From NCBI GenBank assembly GCA_963747235.1, contig CAVVEU010000008.1, positions 192,001-256,000 of the forward strand: DNA of 64,000 nucleotides. Direction: 5' to 3'. Position 1 is the first letter of the stretch; the number at the start of each line of letters is the position of its first letter. Source of the DNA: an uncultured Candidatus Rokubacteria bacterium. GTDB taxonomy: Bacteria; Methylomirabilota; Methylomirabilia; Rokubacteriales; CSP1-6. The translations under genes were made by a program, and so were the position numbers. Shown piece by piece: positions 1-11,401 of the stretch. Below the pieces are notes generated by a model. The model was given only the letters and a program-made list of their open reading frames with translations. It had not been told where the DNA came from and did not search any database.

Positions 1-1530
1 GGCTTCCTCGGCTGCCTCGCCCTGGCCGGGCTGATCATGACGTGGCGCTACGTCGGCTTCCAGGCCAGCGACGACGCCAACTACCTGGCCGCGGGCCTGC
101 GCTGGCTCGAGCACTTTCCGTACGTCGGCAACTCCCACTGGACCCTCCGGCACCCCATCGCCCTGCCGATCGCGGCCTCGGTCGCGATCCTCGGCGTCAA
201 GGAGATCGCGGTGAGCCTGCCCGCGATGCTGTACTTCGTGGCCACGCTCGCGGTGAACGTCTTCTTCGTGTCGCGCTTCATCGGGCTCGGTCCCGCCCTC
301 GGCGGAACCCTGCTGATGACGACCTTCCCGGGCTTCGTCGTGCTGGCCACCTACATGAATGCCGACCTGGTCGAGCTCTTCTACATGACGGTCGCGTTCT
401 GGGCGTTCGTGGACGCGGTCGAGCATCCCACTCGGCGGTGGTCGCTCCTCCTGTCGGGGGCCGCGGGAGCGGTCGGCTTCCTGACCCGCGAGACCTCGGC
501 CGCCTTCGTCATCTTCGCGGGGATCATGTTCCTGTTCCGCCCCGCGATGCCGCGACGGAACTACTTCTTCCTCGCGGCGGGCTTCGTGGGGGTGATGGGC
601 ATCGAGTGGCTCTATCTCACCGCCATGACCGGCAACCCGCTCTACCGGATCCACATCGACCAGCATCACGACATCATCGACCGCGCCGGCGAGATCGCGC
701 GTACCCAGGGGCGTGGCGGCATGATCGACGCGGAAGGCAACGTGTCGGTCAGCGTGTGGCTCGATCCGATCCTGAACCTGCTCGTCACCCAGAAGTATGG
801 GCTCCTCTTCTGGGTCTCGATCCCGGCCGCGTTGGTTCTGTGGCGGTCGCGGCCGTCTCTGCCGATCCGGGCGCGGGTCCTGCGTCTGATGCTCCTGTTC
901 GCGATCGTGTGGTTCGCGTTCGTCGACCTGAACCCGAAGCTCTACCTCGTCCCGCGCTACATCGTGGTGACCGCCAGCCTTTTCACGATGGCGGTCGGCT
1001 GGTGGCTGGTCGAGGCCTGGCAGCGCGGCCGGCGTCTCCTGGTGGGAATCACGGTGGCCGCGTTGCTGGGGGTGAACCTCCTGGGCCTGATGGTGGAGAA
1101 CACGAACCCACGCTTCGCGGAGCGCACGCTCGTGGCCTTCGTGGCCGCCCATCCCGGCCAGATCGTGTACACGGACGCCGACACCGACATCCGGGCCGAC
1201 TTCTTTCTCCAGTTCAAGGGCATGGACGGGAGCCGGGTGTCCCGCGAGGCGCCCGGTCCGAACGCCCTCATCTTCTACAACGGTGAATCCATGGCCCGCT
1301 GCGCCCGCAGCGTCCGGTGCCGCAAGGACCTCGCGGTCTACGCTCCGAAGCCGAGCTGGCAGGAGGTCGAGCGCATCGACGTCCCGCGCAGCGCAGCGGC
1401 CCGGCTGATCGAGGCGTTCTCCCTCCAGCGCTTCCTGCCCGGGGAGGTGGCGCGGAAGGTCACGCAGCCGGTCGGCGCGGTCGTGGTGTACCGGGTGCCC
1501 GCCCCGACTCCGGAGAGAAACGGCCGATGA
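1..1530 (+). CDS. GT-C fold (ArnT/PMT family 39-like) membrane glycosyltransferase, 5' end probably upstream of window
   Basis: Frame open from base 1; multi-TM protein with early DD motif (ASDDANY) and C-terminal soluble domain. Confidence 0.75.
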   Translation, partial: GFLGCLALAGLIMTWRYVGFQASDDANYLAAGLRWLEHFPYVGNSHWTLRHPIALPIAASVAILGVKEIAVSLPAMLYFVATLAVNVFFVSRFIGLGPALGGTLLMTTFPGFVVLATYMNADLVELFYMTVAFWAFVDAVEHPTRRWSLLLSGAAGAVGFLTRETSAAFVIFAGIMFLFRPAMPRRNYFFLAAGFVGVMGIEWLYLTAMTGNPLYRIHIDQHHDIIDRAGEIARTQGRGGMIDAEGNVSVSVWLDPILNLLVTQKYGLLFWVSIPAALVLWRSRPSLPIRARVLRLMLLFAIVWFAFVDLNPKLYLVPRYIVVTASLFTMAVGWWLVEAWQRGRRLLVGITVAALLGVNLLGLMVENTNPRFAERTLVAFVAAHPGQIVYTDADTDIRADFFLQFKGMDGSRVSREAPGPNALIFYNGESMARCARSVRCRKDLAVYAPKPSWQEVERIDVPRSAAARLIEAFSLQRFLPGEVARKVTQPVGAVVVYRVPAPTPERNGR

Positions 1531-2468
1531 GCCCGGTCACCCCGCTGCGCCTTGCGGTGCTGGTGCCGTGCTACAACGAGGAGGCCGCGATCGCCGCGGT
1601 CGTCCGGGACTTCCGGGCCGCGCTCCCCCACGCGGTCATCTACGTCTACGACAACAACTCGCGGGACCGGACGGTAGAGATAGCGCGCCGGGCCGGCGCC
1701 GTCGTGCGGAGCGAGCCGCTCCAGGGCAAGGGCAACGTGGTCCGCCGCATGTTTGCGGACATCGAGGCGGACGTCTACGTGCTCGTGGACGGCGACGCGA
1801 CCTATCACGCGCCGAGTGCCCCCGTGATGATCGACCGGCTGGTCAGCGAGCGGCTCGACATGGTGGTGGGCTGCCGGGTGGACTCGGAGGAGGCCGCCTA
1901 CCGGGCCGGCCACCGGCTCGGAAACGCGCTGTTCACGGGCTCCGTCGCCCGGATGTTCGGCAACCGGTTCACCGACATCCTGTCCGGCTACCGGGTATTC
2001 TCCCGCCGATTCGTGAAGTCGTTTCCGGGGCTGTCCAAGGGCTTCGAGATCGAGACCGAGCTGACCGTGCACGCGCTCGAGCTGCGCATGCCGATCGCGG
2101 AGATGGACACCCCCTACGGCGCCCGTCCCGCCGGCTCCCAGAGCAAGCTGTCCACCTTCAAGGACGGCTTCCGGATCCTGCTCATGATGGCCGCGCTCTT
2201 CAAGGATGAGCGGCCGCTGCAGTGCTTCAGCATCGTGTTCGGGGTCCTCGCGGCGGTGTCGGTGGGGCTGGCCATTCCCGTCGTCCAGACGTACATGGAG
2301 ACCGGGCTCGTACCCCGCTTCCCCACCGCCATCCTCGCCACCGGCATCATGCTGCTCGGCTTCCTGAGCCTCACGTGCGGGTTCATCCTCGATACGGTGA
2401 CCCACGGCCGGCGCGAGCTGAAGCGGCTGTCCTATCTCTCCGTCCCCGGCCCCGGCTCTCCGGAGTGA
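1527..2468 (+). CDS. GT2 polyprenol-phosphate glycosyltransferase (GtrB/DPM1-like)
   Basis: VPCYNEE, DNNS, DGD, DILSGYR, FEIETE motifs; two C-terminal TM helices; ATGA overlap with upstream stop. Confidence 0.88.
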   Translation: MSPVTPLRLAVLVPCYNEEAAIAAVVRDFRAALPHAVIYVYDNNSRDRTVEIARRAGAVVRSEPLQGKGNVVRRMFADIEADVYVLVDGDATYHAPSAPVMIDRLVSERLDMVVGCRVDSEEAAYRAGHRLGNALFTGSVARMFGNRFTDILSGYRVFSRRFVKSFPGLSKGFEIETELTVHALELRMPIAEMDTPYGARPAGSQSKLSTFKDGFRILLMMAALFKDERPLQCFSIVFGVLAAVSVGLAIPVVQTYMETGLVPRFPTAILATGIMLLGFLSLTCGFILDTVTHGRRELKRLSYLSVPGPGSPE

Positions 2469-2477
2469 CGGGTACGC

Positions 2478-3677
2478 TCAGCGCCGCCGGGTGCTGAGGG
2501 TGAAGAGGACCCAGCTCAGCGCGACCGCGACCGGGGCCGCGCCGAAGGGGATGGTGTAGGCGCCGGTGAGGTCGTAGAGGAAGCCCGCCGCCGCGGGGCC
2601 GATCGCGGCGCCCAGGCGCCAGCCGAGGGTCAGGACCCCCATGATGGCCCCGATGGCGCGGACCCCGAACACTTCCGGGATCACCTTCGCGACCATGGTG
2701 TCGGAGGCGGCGAAGCCGGCGCCGAACAGCACCAGCGAGGCGAGCAGCGCGGCGCGCGACGGGAACCACAGCAGCGCGATCAGCGCGACGATCTCGATCA
2801 CGTAGGCCGTCCCGATGGTCATGCGCGTGCCCATCCGATCGGACACGAATCCCGCGGTGAGCCGTCCGGCCACCGAGCCGATCCCGTAGGCGGTCAGGGC
2901 GAGCGAGGCGTCGGCCAGGCTCACGCCCTGGTCCCGCGCGAACGGGACCGCGTGCACCGAGATCATGAGGGCCAGCCCGCCGAGCAGCAGCCAGGAGAGG
3001 TTCAGGCCCCACTGCCGCGGATCGCGCAGCGACTGGCGCAGCGTCATGCCGTCCGGCGGGGCGCCCGCGGGTCCGGTCGGGGCGCGCAGCAGGTCTCGCC
3101 GCTCGGCGCCGTGCGGCAGGCGCACCGTGATGGCCGCGCAGAAGCTCAGCAGCCCGCAGCCGCCGCCGAGGACCCAGTACGCGGCGCGCCACCCGAGCTT
3201 GATGATGAGCCACGCGGCGAGCGGCCCGCCCGTGATGTAGCCGAGATTGAAGCCCACCAGCACCAGGGCCAGCGCGAGCCCGCGCCGCTCGTCGAACCAG
3301 TGGGTGACGGTGGCGGTGCTCAGCAGGTAGAAGCTCGACATCCCGATCCCGCCCAGGAGCCCGATGAGCAGGTAGAGCTGCCACAGCGCGCCGATCACCG
3401 AGACGAGCGCGAACGCGGCGCCGGCGAGCGTGACCGTCACCACCAGCAGCAGGCGGGGGCCGCGGCGGTCCGCGAGCGCGCCGACCCCGAAGCCGGCCAC
3501 GCCGCCCACCAGCAGGTTGACCGACAGCGCGGCCGAGATCGCGCCGCGGCTCCAGCCGAAGTGCTCGGCGAGCACGGGCAGGAAGACGCCGTAGGCGGCC
3601 AGCGGCGTCGAGATGCCGTAGGTGACCACGAAGAGCGCCGCCACGATCAGCCAGCGGCGGGTGTCCGGGCGCGGCAT
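2478..3677 (-). CDS. MFS transporter (OFA/MCT-like)
   Basis: About 12 TM; GxLADRRGPR and GFVSDRMGTR motif-A repeats. Confidence 0.88.
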   Translation of the reverse strand: MPRPDTRRWLIVAALFVVTYGISTPLAAYGVFLPVLAEHFGWSRGAISAALSVNLLVGGVAGFGVGALADRRGPRLLLVVTVTLAGAAFALVSVIGALWQLYLLIGLLGGIGMSSFYLLSTATVTHWFDERRGLALALVLVGFNLGYITGGPLAAWLIIKLGWRAAYWVLGGGCGLLSFCAAITVRLPHGAERRDLLRAPTGPAGAPPDGMTLRQSLRDPRQWGLNLSWLLLGGLALMISVHAVPFARDQGVSLADASLALTAYGIGSVAGRLTAGFVSDRMGTRMTIGTAYVIEIVALIALLWFPSRAALLASLVLFGAGFAASDTMVAKVIPEVFGVRAIGAIMGVLTLGWRLGAAIGPAAAGFLYDLTGAYTIPFGAAPVAVALSWVLFTLSTRRR

Positions 3678-4168
3678 CAGGTCGCGATCGGAGAGCGCTT
3701 TCGCAGCAGGTAGCGGTGCTCGCCTTCCATCACCAGGTCGCCGGCCTGGTTGTGCACGGTCGCGCGCATGACGACCACCCCGGTGGTGCGCCCGGGCTCG
3801 AGCGCGGTGATGGTGAGCGCGGGATACACGGTGTCGCCCACGTAGACCGGCTTCAGGAAGCGGGACGACTGCTCGAGGAACGCGATCAGCGACTCGCCGA
3901 TCCCGTGCGGGAACATGCCCGCGCCCGCCGCGGCCTGCGCGGTGACCAGGAGCCCGTGGGCGAGCAGATCGCGATGGCCGTGGGTGTGGCAGTACTCGCG
4001 GTCGTAGTGGATCGGGTGGTTGTCGGCGGAGGCGAGCTGGAAGGCGGCGAAGAGCGCCTCGGTCATGGTGCGCGAGGGATTGAGGAAGCGCTCGCCCAGC
4101 TTCAGATCGTCGAACCAGCGCGGCTCGGCGAGCCGGTGCGCGCCCGGAGAGAAGGCCGGATCGGGCAT
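3677..4168 (-). CDS. MaoC-family dehydratase
   Basis: DNHPIHYD hydratase motif, FLKPVYVGDT; start MPDPAF at 4168. Confidence 0.85.
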   Translation of the reverse strand: MPDPAFSPGAHRLAEPRWFDDLKLGERFLNPSRTMTEALFAAFQLASADNHPIHYDREYCHTHGHRDLLAHGLLVTAQAAAGAGMFPHGIGESLIAFLEQSSRFLKPVYVGDTVYPALTITALEPGRTTGVVVMRATVHNQAGDLVMEGEHRYLLRKRSPIAT

Positions 4169-4191
4169 GGACCGCGTTCCGCTCGGCCGCG

Positions 4192-5385
4192 CTAGCGCGC
4201 CGGCACGGGCGCGGCGGCGGGCACGGAGGACGGGATGCGGCCGGGCAGCAGCGAGACGAAGAGCGTGGTGAGGGACGAGATGCCCGCCATCACCAGGAGC
4301 AGCGTGGTGAAGCCCGCCGCCTTGACCGTCGGCCCCAGCAGGTAGACCGCGAGCGCGCTGACCCCGAAGGAGACCGCGAGGCGCATGCCGGCCACCCGGG
4401 AGCGCATCCGGTCGTCCACGTACTGCACGATCATGGCGTCGACGAACGGGATGGCCCCGAACACGACCACCATGAAGAGCAGCATGAGGGCGTACAGCGC
4501 CCAGCCCTCCGAGTGGGCGGCCAGGGCGAAGAGCGGGACCTGCATGGCCACGATGGGCAGGTAGACGTACTTGAGCGGGTAGCGGTCGATCAGCTTTCCC
4601 ACCACGATCTGGGCGAGCGAGGCGATCGCGTAGACCACCGCGAGGAGGACGCCGAGGGTGGCCGGATTGTCCACCAGGCCGCGGAGCCGCTCGGCCAGGA
4701 GCTGGTTGTTCCCGTTGGTGGTGAAGTTGAAGATCATGCTGCTCGACACCGCGGCCAGCGACATCACGAGGAAGATCCGCGCCATCAGCGCGGGGGGCAG
4801 CTCCACGTGGCGCTTGGGCTTCCTGGCGGGCGCCATCTCCTCGCGCGGGACCACGAGCGCGAAGGTGATGCCGCACGCGATGGACAGCAGGGAGGGCACC
4901 GCGAAGGCCATGCGCCAGCCCGCCTGCTGGACCAGGAAGCCGGTCAGGATCGCCGCGACCGCGATGCCCAGGTTGCCCGCGAGCCCGTTGAGCCCGATGG
5001 TGAAGCCCGGGCGCGTCGAGTTCTGCACGATCATGGGGATGCCCACCGGGTGATAGATGGAGGCGAAGGCGCCCATGAGCGTCAGCGCGACCGCGAGCTG
5101 CCAGGGGCGCTGCGCCGTCGCCACCACGAGGCCGGCCGCGCCGAGGCCCAGGAAGAAGATGATCATCATGACGCGCCGGCCCCAGAGGTCGCCCAGGCGG
5201 CCCGCGGGGAGCGAGCCCAGCCCGAACATGACGAAGGCCCCCACGGTGTAGGGCATCAGGTCCTGCCAGACCATGCCCCACTGCGTCGCGATCCCCGACA
5301 CCGCGGTGGCGAAGATCAGCAGGAAGAGGTGGTCCATCGCGTGACCGACGTTGAGGAGCAGCGCGGTGGGGCTCGTGTTCGACAT
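4192..5385 (-). CDS. MFS transporter (Fsr-like)
   Basis: GRLGDLWGRR motif A, SIYHPVG, 12 TM pattern. Confidence 0.88.
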   Translation of the reverse strand: MSNTSPTALLLNVGHAMDHLFLLIFATAVSGIATQWGMVWQDLMPYTVGAFVMFGLGSLPAGRLGDLWGRRVMMIIFFLGLGAAGLVVATAQRPWQLAVALTLMGAFASIYHPVGIPMIVQNSTRPGFTIGLNGLAGNLGIAVAAILTGFLVQQAGWRMAFAVPSLLSIACGITFALVVPREEMAPARKPKRHVELPPALMARIFLVMSLAAVSSSMIFNFTTNGNNQLLAERLRGLVDNPATLGVLLAVVYAIASLAQIVVGKLIDRYPLKYVYLPIVAMQVPLFALAAHSEGWALYALMLLFMVVVFGAIPFVDAMIVQYVDDRMRSRVAGMRLAVSFGVSALAVYLLGPTVKAAGFTTLLLVMAGISSLTTLFVSLLPGRIPSSVPAAAPVPAR

Positions 5386-5464
5386 GGGGCCTTTGGTCTC
5401 CGCTACGTTGCGGGATAGAAGCGCTTGCCGTAGAGCATACCGTACCGCGCGGCCCGACGGACGC

Positions 5465-6844
5465 TCATTTGACCTGGGGCAGGTGGCGCAGCGCCTCCTG
5501 GACCTGCTCCGCGGGGTACTCGTAGTCCTGGAGCTTCCCCGCCAGGTACGCCTCGTAGGCGGAGAGATCGAGGTAGCCGTGGCCGCAGAGGTTGAACACG
5601 ATCGTCTTGCGCTTGCCTTCCTTCTTCGCGGTGAGCGCCTCGTCGATGGCCCCGCGCACCGCGTGGGCCGCTTCCGGCGCGGGCAGGATCCCCTCGGCCC
5701 GCGCGAAGAGCACCGCGGCCTCGAAGGTGGCGAGCTGGGGCACCGCGCGCGCCTCGATCAGCCCCTCGTCGTAGAGCTTGCAGATGAGCGGGGCCATGCC
5801 GTGATAGCGCAGGCCGCCCGCGTGCACCGGCGCGGGGATGAAGGTGTGGCCGAGCGTGTGCATCTTCACGAGCGGGGTCAGGCCGACGGTGTCGCCGAAG
5901 TCGTAGACGTACTTGCCCTTGGTGAGGCTCGGGCACGCGCTGGGCTCGATCGCCACGATCCGCCGCTTCTTGTTCTTGCCGGTGAGCCGGTCGGCCACGA
6001 AGGGGAAGGAGAAGCCCGCGAAGTTCGAGCCCCCGCCGATGCAGCCCACGACCACGTCGGCCTCGTCGTCCGCCTTCTCGAGCTGCTTGCGGGTCTCGAG
6101 CCCGATCACGGTCTGGTGCAGGAGCACGTGGTTGAGCACGCTGCCGAGCGCGTACTTGGTGTCGTCGCGGGTGGCCGCGTCCTCCACCGCCTCGCTGATC
6201 GCGATGCCGAGGCTGCCCGGCGAATTCGGATCCTGCGCGAGCACCTGCTTGCCCGCCTGGGTGTCGGGGCTCGGGCTCGCCACCACCTGCGCGCCGAACG
6301 TCTCCATGAGGATGCGGCGGTAGGGCTTCTGCTGGTACGACACCTTCACCATGTACACCTTGCACTGCAGGCCGAAGAACGCGCAGGCCTGCGAGAGCGC
6401 GGAGCCCCACTGGCCCGCGCCGGTCTCGGTGGCCAGGCGCGCGACCTTCTCCTGCTTGTTGTAGTAGGCCTGCGCGATCGCGGTGTTCGGCTTGTGGCTG
6501 CCCGCCGGGCTCACGCCCTCGTACTTGTAGTAGATGCGCGCCGGCGTATCGAGCGCCTTCTCGAGTCGCCGCGCGCGATAGAGCGGGGTGGGGCGCCAGA
6601 GGCGCAGGATGTCGCGCACCTCGTCCGGGATCTCGATCCACCGCTCCTGGCTGACCTCCTGCTTGATCAGCTCCATCGGGAAGAGCGGGGCCAGATCCTG
6701 CGGCCCGATCGGCTGGCCGGTGCCCGGGTGCAGCGGCGGCGGCAGCGGCGTCTTGAAGTCGGCCTGGATGTTGTACCAGCGGGTGGGCAGCTCCTTCTCG
6801 GAGAGAAGGTACTTGGTGGTCATGTCGGCCGGCTTCCGAGCCAT
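5465..6844 (-). CDS. trpB2: TrpB2-type tryptophan synthase beta-like PLP enzyme
   Basis: [28 protein letters not shown] motifs; not linked to trpA. Confidence 0.93.
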   Translation of the reverse strand: MARKPADMTTKYLLSEKELPTRWYNIQADFKTPLPPPLHPGTGQPIGPQDLAPLFPMELIKQEVSQERWIEIPDEVRDILRLWRPTPLYRARRLEKALDTPARIYYKYEGVSPAGSHKPNTAIAQAYYNKQEKVARLATETGAGQWGSALSQACAFFGLQCKVYMVKVSYQQKPYRRILMETFGAQVVASPSPDTQAGKQVLAQDPNSPGSLGIAISEAVEDAATRDDTKYALGSVLNHVLLHQTVIGLETRKQLEKADDEADVVVGCIGGGSNFAGFSFPFVADRLTGKNKKRRIVAIEPSACPSLTKGKYVYDFGDTVGLTPLVKMHTLGHTFIPAPVHAGGLRYHGMAPLICKLYDEGLIEARAVPQLATFEAAVLFARAEGILPAPEAAHAVRGAIDEALTAKKEGKRKTIVFNLCGHGYLDLSAYEAYLAGKLQDYEYPAEQVQEALRHLPQVK

Positions 6845-6856
6845 GAGCGGCCTCCT

Positions 6857-7413
6857 TTAGTGCGCCGCGCGGTCGGCGCGGTCGATCAGGGCGTTCGACG
6901 GCAACCGCGGATCGAGGGCCTTGCGGGCGGTCTCGCGGCCGGCCACGGGCAGGGTCGCCGGATCGAGCAGGCCGAGCTGGACGAGCACCGAGGCCTGGTC
7001 CCAGTAGATGTGCTCGTGGGCCAGCTTGCCGTCCCGGAACCGGACGATCGCGACCAGGGCAATCTCGACCCGCTTCCCGGTCGGCGCCAGGCCGGGCAGC
7101 ATCCAGTCCATGCGGATCGTGTGCGTAAACGTGAAGACCATCTCGTCCACCACCTGGTCGGCGCCGATGGTGCGGGAGATGGGCGTCATCTCCGTGTCCG
7201 GGGGCATCTGGGGGATGAAGCGCCGGGAGTAGAACTCCCGCAGCGCGTCCCGGCCCACCCCGCCGGTCAACACCGGGATGTGGTTGACGTAGGCGTCCTC
7301 GACCATGGTGGCGAGGGTATCCTCGGTGTTGCGCGTCGCGAACTCGTACCGCACGTGCGCTTCCCAGAGATCGCGCAGGAGCTCCTGGGCCGGCGTGAGC
7401 TCGGGTCGGACAT
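6857..7413 (-). CDS. SnoaL-like ester cyclase family protein (probable 1-nt indel just after ATG)
   Basis: WEAHVRYEF...HEHIYWDQASVL; ATG TCC GAC CC|GAG would give MSDPELTPAQ. Confidence 0.8.
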
Positions 7414-7477
7414 GATCGGGCCCCACAGTACAGGGCGGCCCGGGAACAGCCGTCAAGCGCCGGCGCCGGACAGCGGC

Positions 7478-7506
7478 TTGACGCCGCGCGGCGGTGCCGT
7501 GATACT
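7478..7506 (+). promoter_or_regulatory. sigma70-type promoter, leaderless start of nitroreductase gene
   Basis: TTGACG-17 bp-GATACT, then 6 nt to ATG 7513 with no SD. Confidence 0.6.
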
Positions 7507-7512
7507 CCCTCC

Positions 7513-8094
7513 ATGCTCAGCGACGACGGCCTCGACCTGCTCTTTCGCAACGCGCGGACCCACAAGGTGTGGCTCGACCGGCCCGTGCCGGAGGATCTCC
7601 TGCGCCGGGTCTACGACCTGGCCCGGCTCGGCCCCACCAGCGCCAACTGCAGCCCGATGCGCGCGCTGTTCCTGACCTCGCGCGAGGCCAAGGAGCGGCT
7701 GCGGCCCGCGCTGAGCCCGGCCAACGTGGACAAGACCATGCAGGCGCCGGTGACCGCCGTCATCGGCCACGCGGTGGACTTCTACGACGAGCTGCCGCGC
7801 CTGTTCCCGGCCGCCGACATGCGCGTGCACTTCGCGGGGAAGCCCGAGTTCGCCGCCGCGACCGCGTTCCGCAACGGCAGCCTCCAGGGCGCCTACCTGA
7901 TGCTGGCCGCGCGCGCCCTCGGCCTCGACTGCGGCGCGATGTCCGGCTTCGACAACGCCAAGGTGGACGCCGAGTTCTTTCCGGACGGGCGGGTGAAGTC
8001 GAACTTCCTGTGCAACCTGGGTCACGGTGACGCGAGCAAGCTCACTCCGCGCGGGCCGCGCCTGTCGTTCGACGAGGCCTGCCGCATCCTGTAG
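7513..8094 (+). CDS. RutE-like nitroreductase (malonic semialdehyde reductase family)
   Basis: LFRNARTH, GPTSANCSP, RNGSLQGAY, GLDCGAMSGFD. Confidence 0.88.
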   Translation: MLSDDGLDLLFRNARTHKVWLDRPVPEDLLRRVYDLARLGPTSANCSPMRALFLTSREAKERLRPALSPANVDKTMQAPVTAVIGHAVDFYDELPRLFPAADMRVHFAGKPEFAAATAFRNGSLQGAYLMLAARALGLDCGAMSGFDNAKVDAEFFPDGRVKSNFLCNLGHGDASKLTPRGPRLSFDEACRIL

Positions 8095-8109
8095 GAGGAC
8101 GATCCGATC

Positions 8110-10425
8110 ATGGCATCCAAGCTCCTGGGAGCCCACGTCAAGCGCAAGGAAGACCCGCGCCTGATCACGGGCGTGTCGCAGTACGTGGCCGACATCGCGA
8201 TGCCCGGCATGCAGCACGTGGCCTTCGTGCGGAGCCCGCACGCGCACGCGCGGGTCCGCGGGATCAAGAGCGCCGCCGCCGCGAAGCTCCCGGGGGTGGT
8301 CGCGGTGGTGACCGGCCAGGATCTCAAGGCGCACTTCGCGCCGATCCCCACCGCGACCGCGTCGGCCGAAGGCGGTGGCGTGGCCGAGGTCAAGGTCGGG
8401 CGCCAGCACTACCCGCTCTCGCTGGATCGGGTGCGCTACGTGGGCGAGCCGGTGGCCGCGGTGATCGGTCTCTCTCCGGAGGCGGCGATGGACGCGGCCG
8501 CCCTCGTCGAGGTGGACTGGGAGCCGCTGCCCGCGGTGGCCGACCCCTTCGCCGCGATGGCGGACGGGGCGCCCCAGCTCTTCGACGACGCGCCGAAGAA
8601 CATCGAGCACGGCACCACCATCAAGGCCGGGGATCCCGACGCGGCCTTCGCGAGCGCGCACCGGGTGGTCAAGCAGCGCATGAACAGCCAGCGGCTCTCC
8701 GGCATCCCGATGGAGACCCGCGCGGTGCTGGCCGCGCCCGACTTCGCCAGCGGCGGGCTCACGGTGTGGGCCACGCACCAGGCGCCCCACGTGCTGCGCG
8801 GCGGCCTGGCCGACGCGCTCCGCATGCCCCAGAACCAGATCCGGGTGATCTGCCCGGAGGTGGGCGGCGGCTTCGGCGTGAAGTTCGGGACGTATCCGGA
8901 GGACGTGACGGTCGCCGCGCTCGCGAAGCTGCGGAAGGTCCCGCTGCGGTGGATCGAGAGCCGGGTCGAGCACATGACCGGCACCACGCACGGCCGCGCC
9001 CAGATGACCGATCTGGAGGCCGCGGTGGACGCCGAGGGCCGCATCAACGGCCTGCGCATGCACGTGGTGGCCGACATCGGCGCCTACCCGATCTTCACGT
9101 TCATTCCCGACCTCACGCTGATGATGGGCGTCGGCGTGTACCACGTGAAGAACGTGGAGCTCAAGAGCACGTGCGTGTTCACCAACACCACGTCGGTCGC
9201 GGCCTATCGCGGCGCGGGCCGGCCGGAGGCCGCCTACTATCTCGAGCGGCTGGTGGACTGCATCGCGATGGAGCTGGGCAAGCCGCCCGAGGACGTGCGC
9301 CGGGTCAACTTCATCCCGCCGAGCGCGTTCCCCTACGCCGCGCCCACCGGGCAGAACTACGACAGCGGCGAGTACGCGCGCGCGCTGGCCAAGAGCCTCG
9401 AGGTGTCCCAGTACACCGCGCTCCGCGCCGAGCAGCGCGAGCGGATCGCGAAGAACGACCGCAAGCTGCTCGGCATCGGCATGGCCTGCTACGTCGAGAT
9501 GTGCGGCTTCGGGCCCTACGAGAGCGCGATGATCCGGGTCGAGCCGAGCGGGACGGTGACCGCCTATACCGGCGCGTCCGCCCACGGGCAGGGGCACGAG
9601 ACCACGTTCGCCCAGCTCATCGCGGACTATCTGGGGGTGGACTTCGACCAGGTGGTGGTGCGCCACGGCGACACCACCGGCGCGCCGATGGGCTTCGGCA
9701 CCGGCGGCAGCCGCAGCCTGGTGGTCGGCGGCTCGGCCATGGTGAAGGCGGCCGAGAAGGTGCAGGAGCGCGCCCGCCGGGTCGCGGCCTCGGCGCTGGA
9801 GGCCGCGTTCGAGGACGTCGTGGTCACCGACGGGCTCTATCACGTCAAGGGCTCGCCGGCCAAGAGCCTGACCCTGGCCAAGATCGCCGAGAAGGCCTAC
9901 GGCGAGGGTCTGCCCGCCGGGATGGAGCCGGGGCTCGAGGCCACCGAGTACTTCCGCCCGCCGCAGCTCGTGTATCCCTTCGGCGCGCACGTGGCGGTGG
10001 TGGAGGTGGATCGCGACACCGGCCGGGTCACGCTGCGCGACTTCACCTCGGTGGACGACTGCGGCGTGCGCGTCAGCCCGCTCCTGGTGGACGGGCAGGT
10101 GCACGGCGGCATCGCCCAGGGCGTGGCCCAGTCACTCCTCGAGGAAGTGGTCTACAGCGCGGACGGCCAGCTCGTCACCGGGACCTTGATGGACTACGCG
10201 GTCCCGCGCGCGGAGGACCTGCCGTTCTTCGTGACGGACCAGACGGTCACCCCGTCGCCGTTCAACCCGCTGGGCGCGAAGGGCATCGGCGAGGCCGCGA
10301 CCATCGGCTCCACGCCCGCGGTGGTCAACGCGGTGGTGGACGCGCTGAAGCCGTTCGGCGTGCGCCACCTCGACATGCCGCTCCGGCCCGAGCGGGTGTG
10401 GCGGGCGATGCAGAAGAAGTGGCGT
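8110..10425 (+). CDS. Xanthine dehydrogenase-family molybdopterin large subunit (form II CoxL-like); native stop apparently lost near 10410
   Basis: RKEDPRL, GGGFGVK, AYRGAGRPE, GQGHET, KGIGE motifs; homology ends at PERVWRAMQKK, ORF runs on through a repeat to 10812. Confidence 0.85.
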
Positions 10426-10439
10426 CACAGCGCCCTGTG

Positions 10440-10474
10440 CCCCTCACCCTACCCTCTCCCCAGAGGGGAGAGGG
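10440..10474. repeat. REP-like palindromic element, single unit
   Basis: CCCCTCACCCTACCCTCTCCCC-AGA-GGGGAGAGGG. Confidence 0.85.
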
Positions 10475-10494
10475 GGATGAGGAGGGACGGCTCG

Positions 10495-11337
10495 TCAGGC
10501 GGACGGCTGCAGCATGAGCGTCGGGACGCCGCAGGTCCCGTCGCGCACCGTGAAGACATGCGTGCCCGGCTTGCGGCCGGGGCGGGCTTCGGAGACGTCG
10601 AGGCCGGCGCCGCCGAGGCGGGCGATCGCCGCCGGCGGGTCGTCCGTCCGCCAGGAGAGGCCCCAGAGGCGGTCCGGTCCGGCGGAGACGCCGGCGCGCA
10701 GATCGTGGGCCAGCTCGACGATCAGTCGCCGCAGCGGAAGAACATGAGCCGCGCGCCCCACGCGGGATTCGACCGGTCGAGGCGCATGTCGAGCCCGAGG
10801 CGCGCGCCGTAGAGCGCGGCGGCCCGCTCGGGATCGGGCGTGCGGATCACCACGTGGTCGAGCCCGGTGACCTCGCCGGGCGCGGCCGGCGGCGGGGCGG
10901 GGAGCGGCGCCTCGCGCTCGATCAGGAAGATGCGCACGCCGTGGGTCGCCGCCGTCGCGGCGCGGGTACGGCGCCAGCGGCGGCGCGCGCCGGTGGCGCG
11001 GTCCACGCTCTCCGCGGCGGCGACCGGCTCCGGATCGAGGCCGAGCCGGGTGAGGCGACGATGGGCGCGCTCCACGTCGTCCACCGCGAAGGCCAGGCTC
11101 GCGAGCCCTTCGCCCTGGGCGTCGAGGACGGCGCGCAGGCGCTCCGCGCCGGGGCCGTCGCCCGCGGGCGCGATCAGCTCCGCCGCGACGTTGGCGAGCT
11201 GGAAGACCGCGGTCTGCGCCGCCGCCGGCCGCGTCCGCGCGCCAGCACGGGGGGCGGCCGAGCAGGCGCTGGTAGGCGGCGATCCCGGCGTCGAGATCGC
11301 GCACCGCGATGACCACGTGATCGAGTGCTTGAATCAT
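10495..11337 (-). CDS. Two-domain VOC/glyoxalase family protein (frameshifted)
   Basis: [11 protein letters not shown] and [11 protein letters not shown] repeats spread across frames; shifts near 11220 and 10725. Confidence 0.75.
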   Translation of the reverse strand: MIQALDHVVIAVRDLDAGIAAYQRLLGRPPCWRADAAGGGADRGLPARQRRGGADRARGRRPRRGAPARRPRRPGRRAREPGLRGGRRGARPSSPHPARPRSGAGRRRGERGPRHRRAPPLAPYPRRDGGDPRRAHLPDRARGAAPRPAAGRARRGHRARPRGDPHARSRAGRRALRRAPRARHAPRPVESRVGRAAHVLPLRRLIVELAHDLRAGVSAGPDRLWGLSWRTDDPPAAIARLGGAGLDVSEARPGRKPGTHVFTVRDGTCGVPTLMLQPSA

Positions 11338-11401
11338 GCGACGGCTTCGTCGCGCGGAGCCAGGGTGGCGGGCACGGTGCGGGAAGTGTAGCATTCAGCC
11401 G

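Noticed and set aside
8110-10812. True aerobic CO dehydrogenase, or a 900-aa extended subunit
   Set aside because: Motif is AYRGAGR, not form I AYXCSFR; the extension crosses a repeat and the antisense VOC gene, so the stop was probably lost
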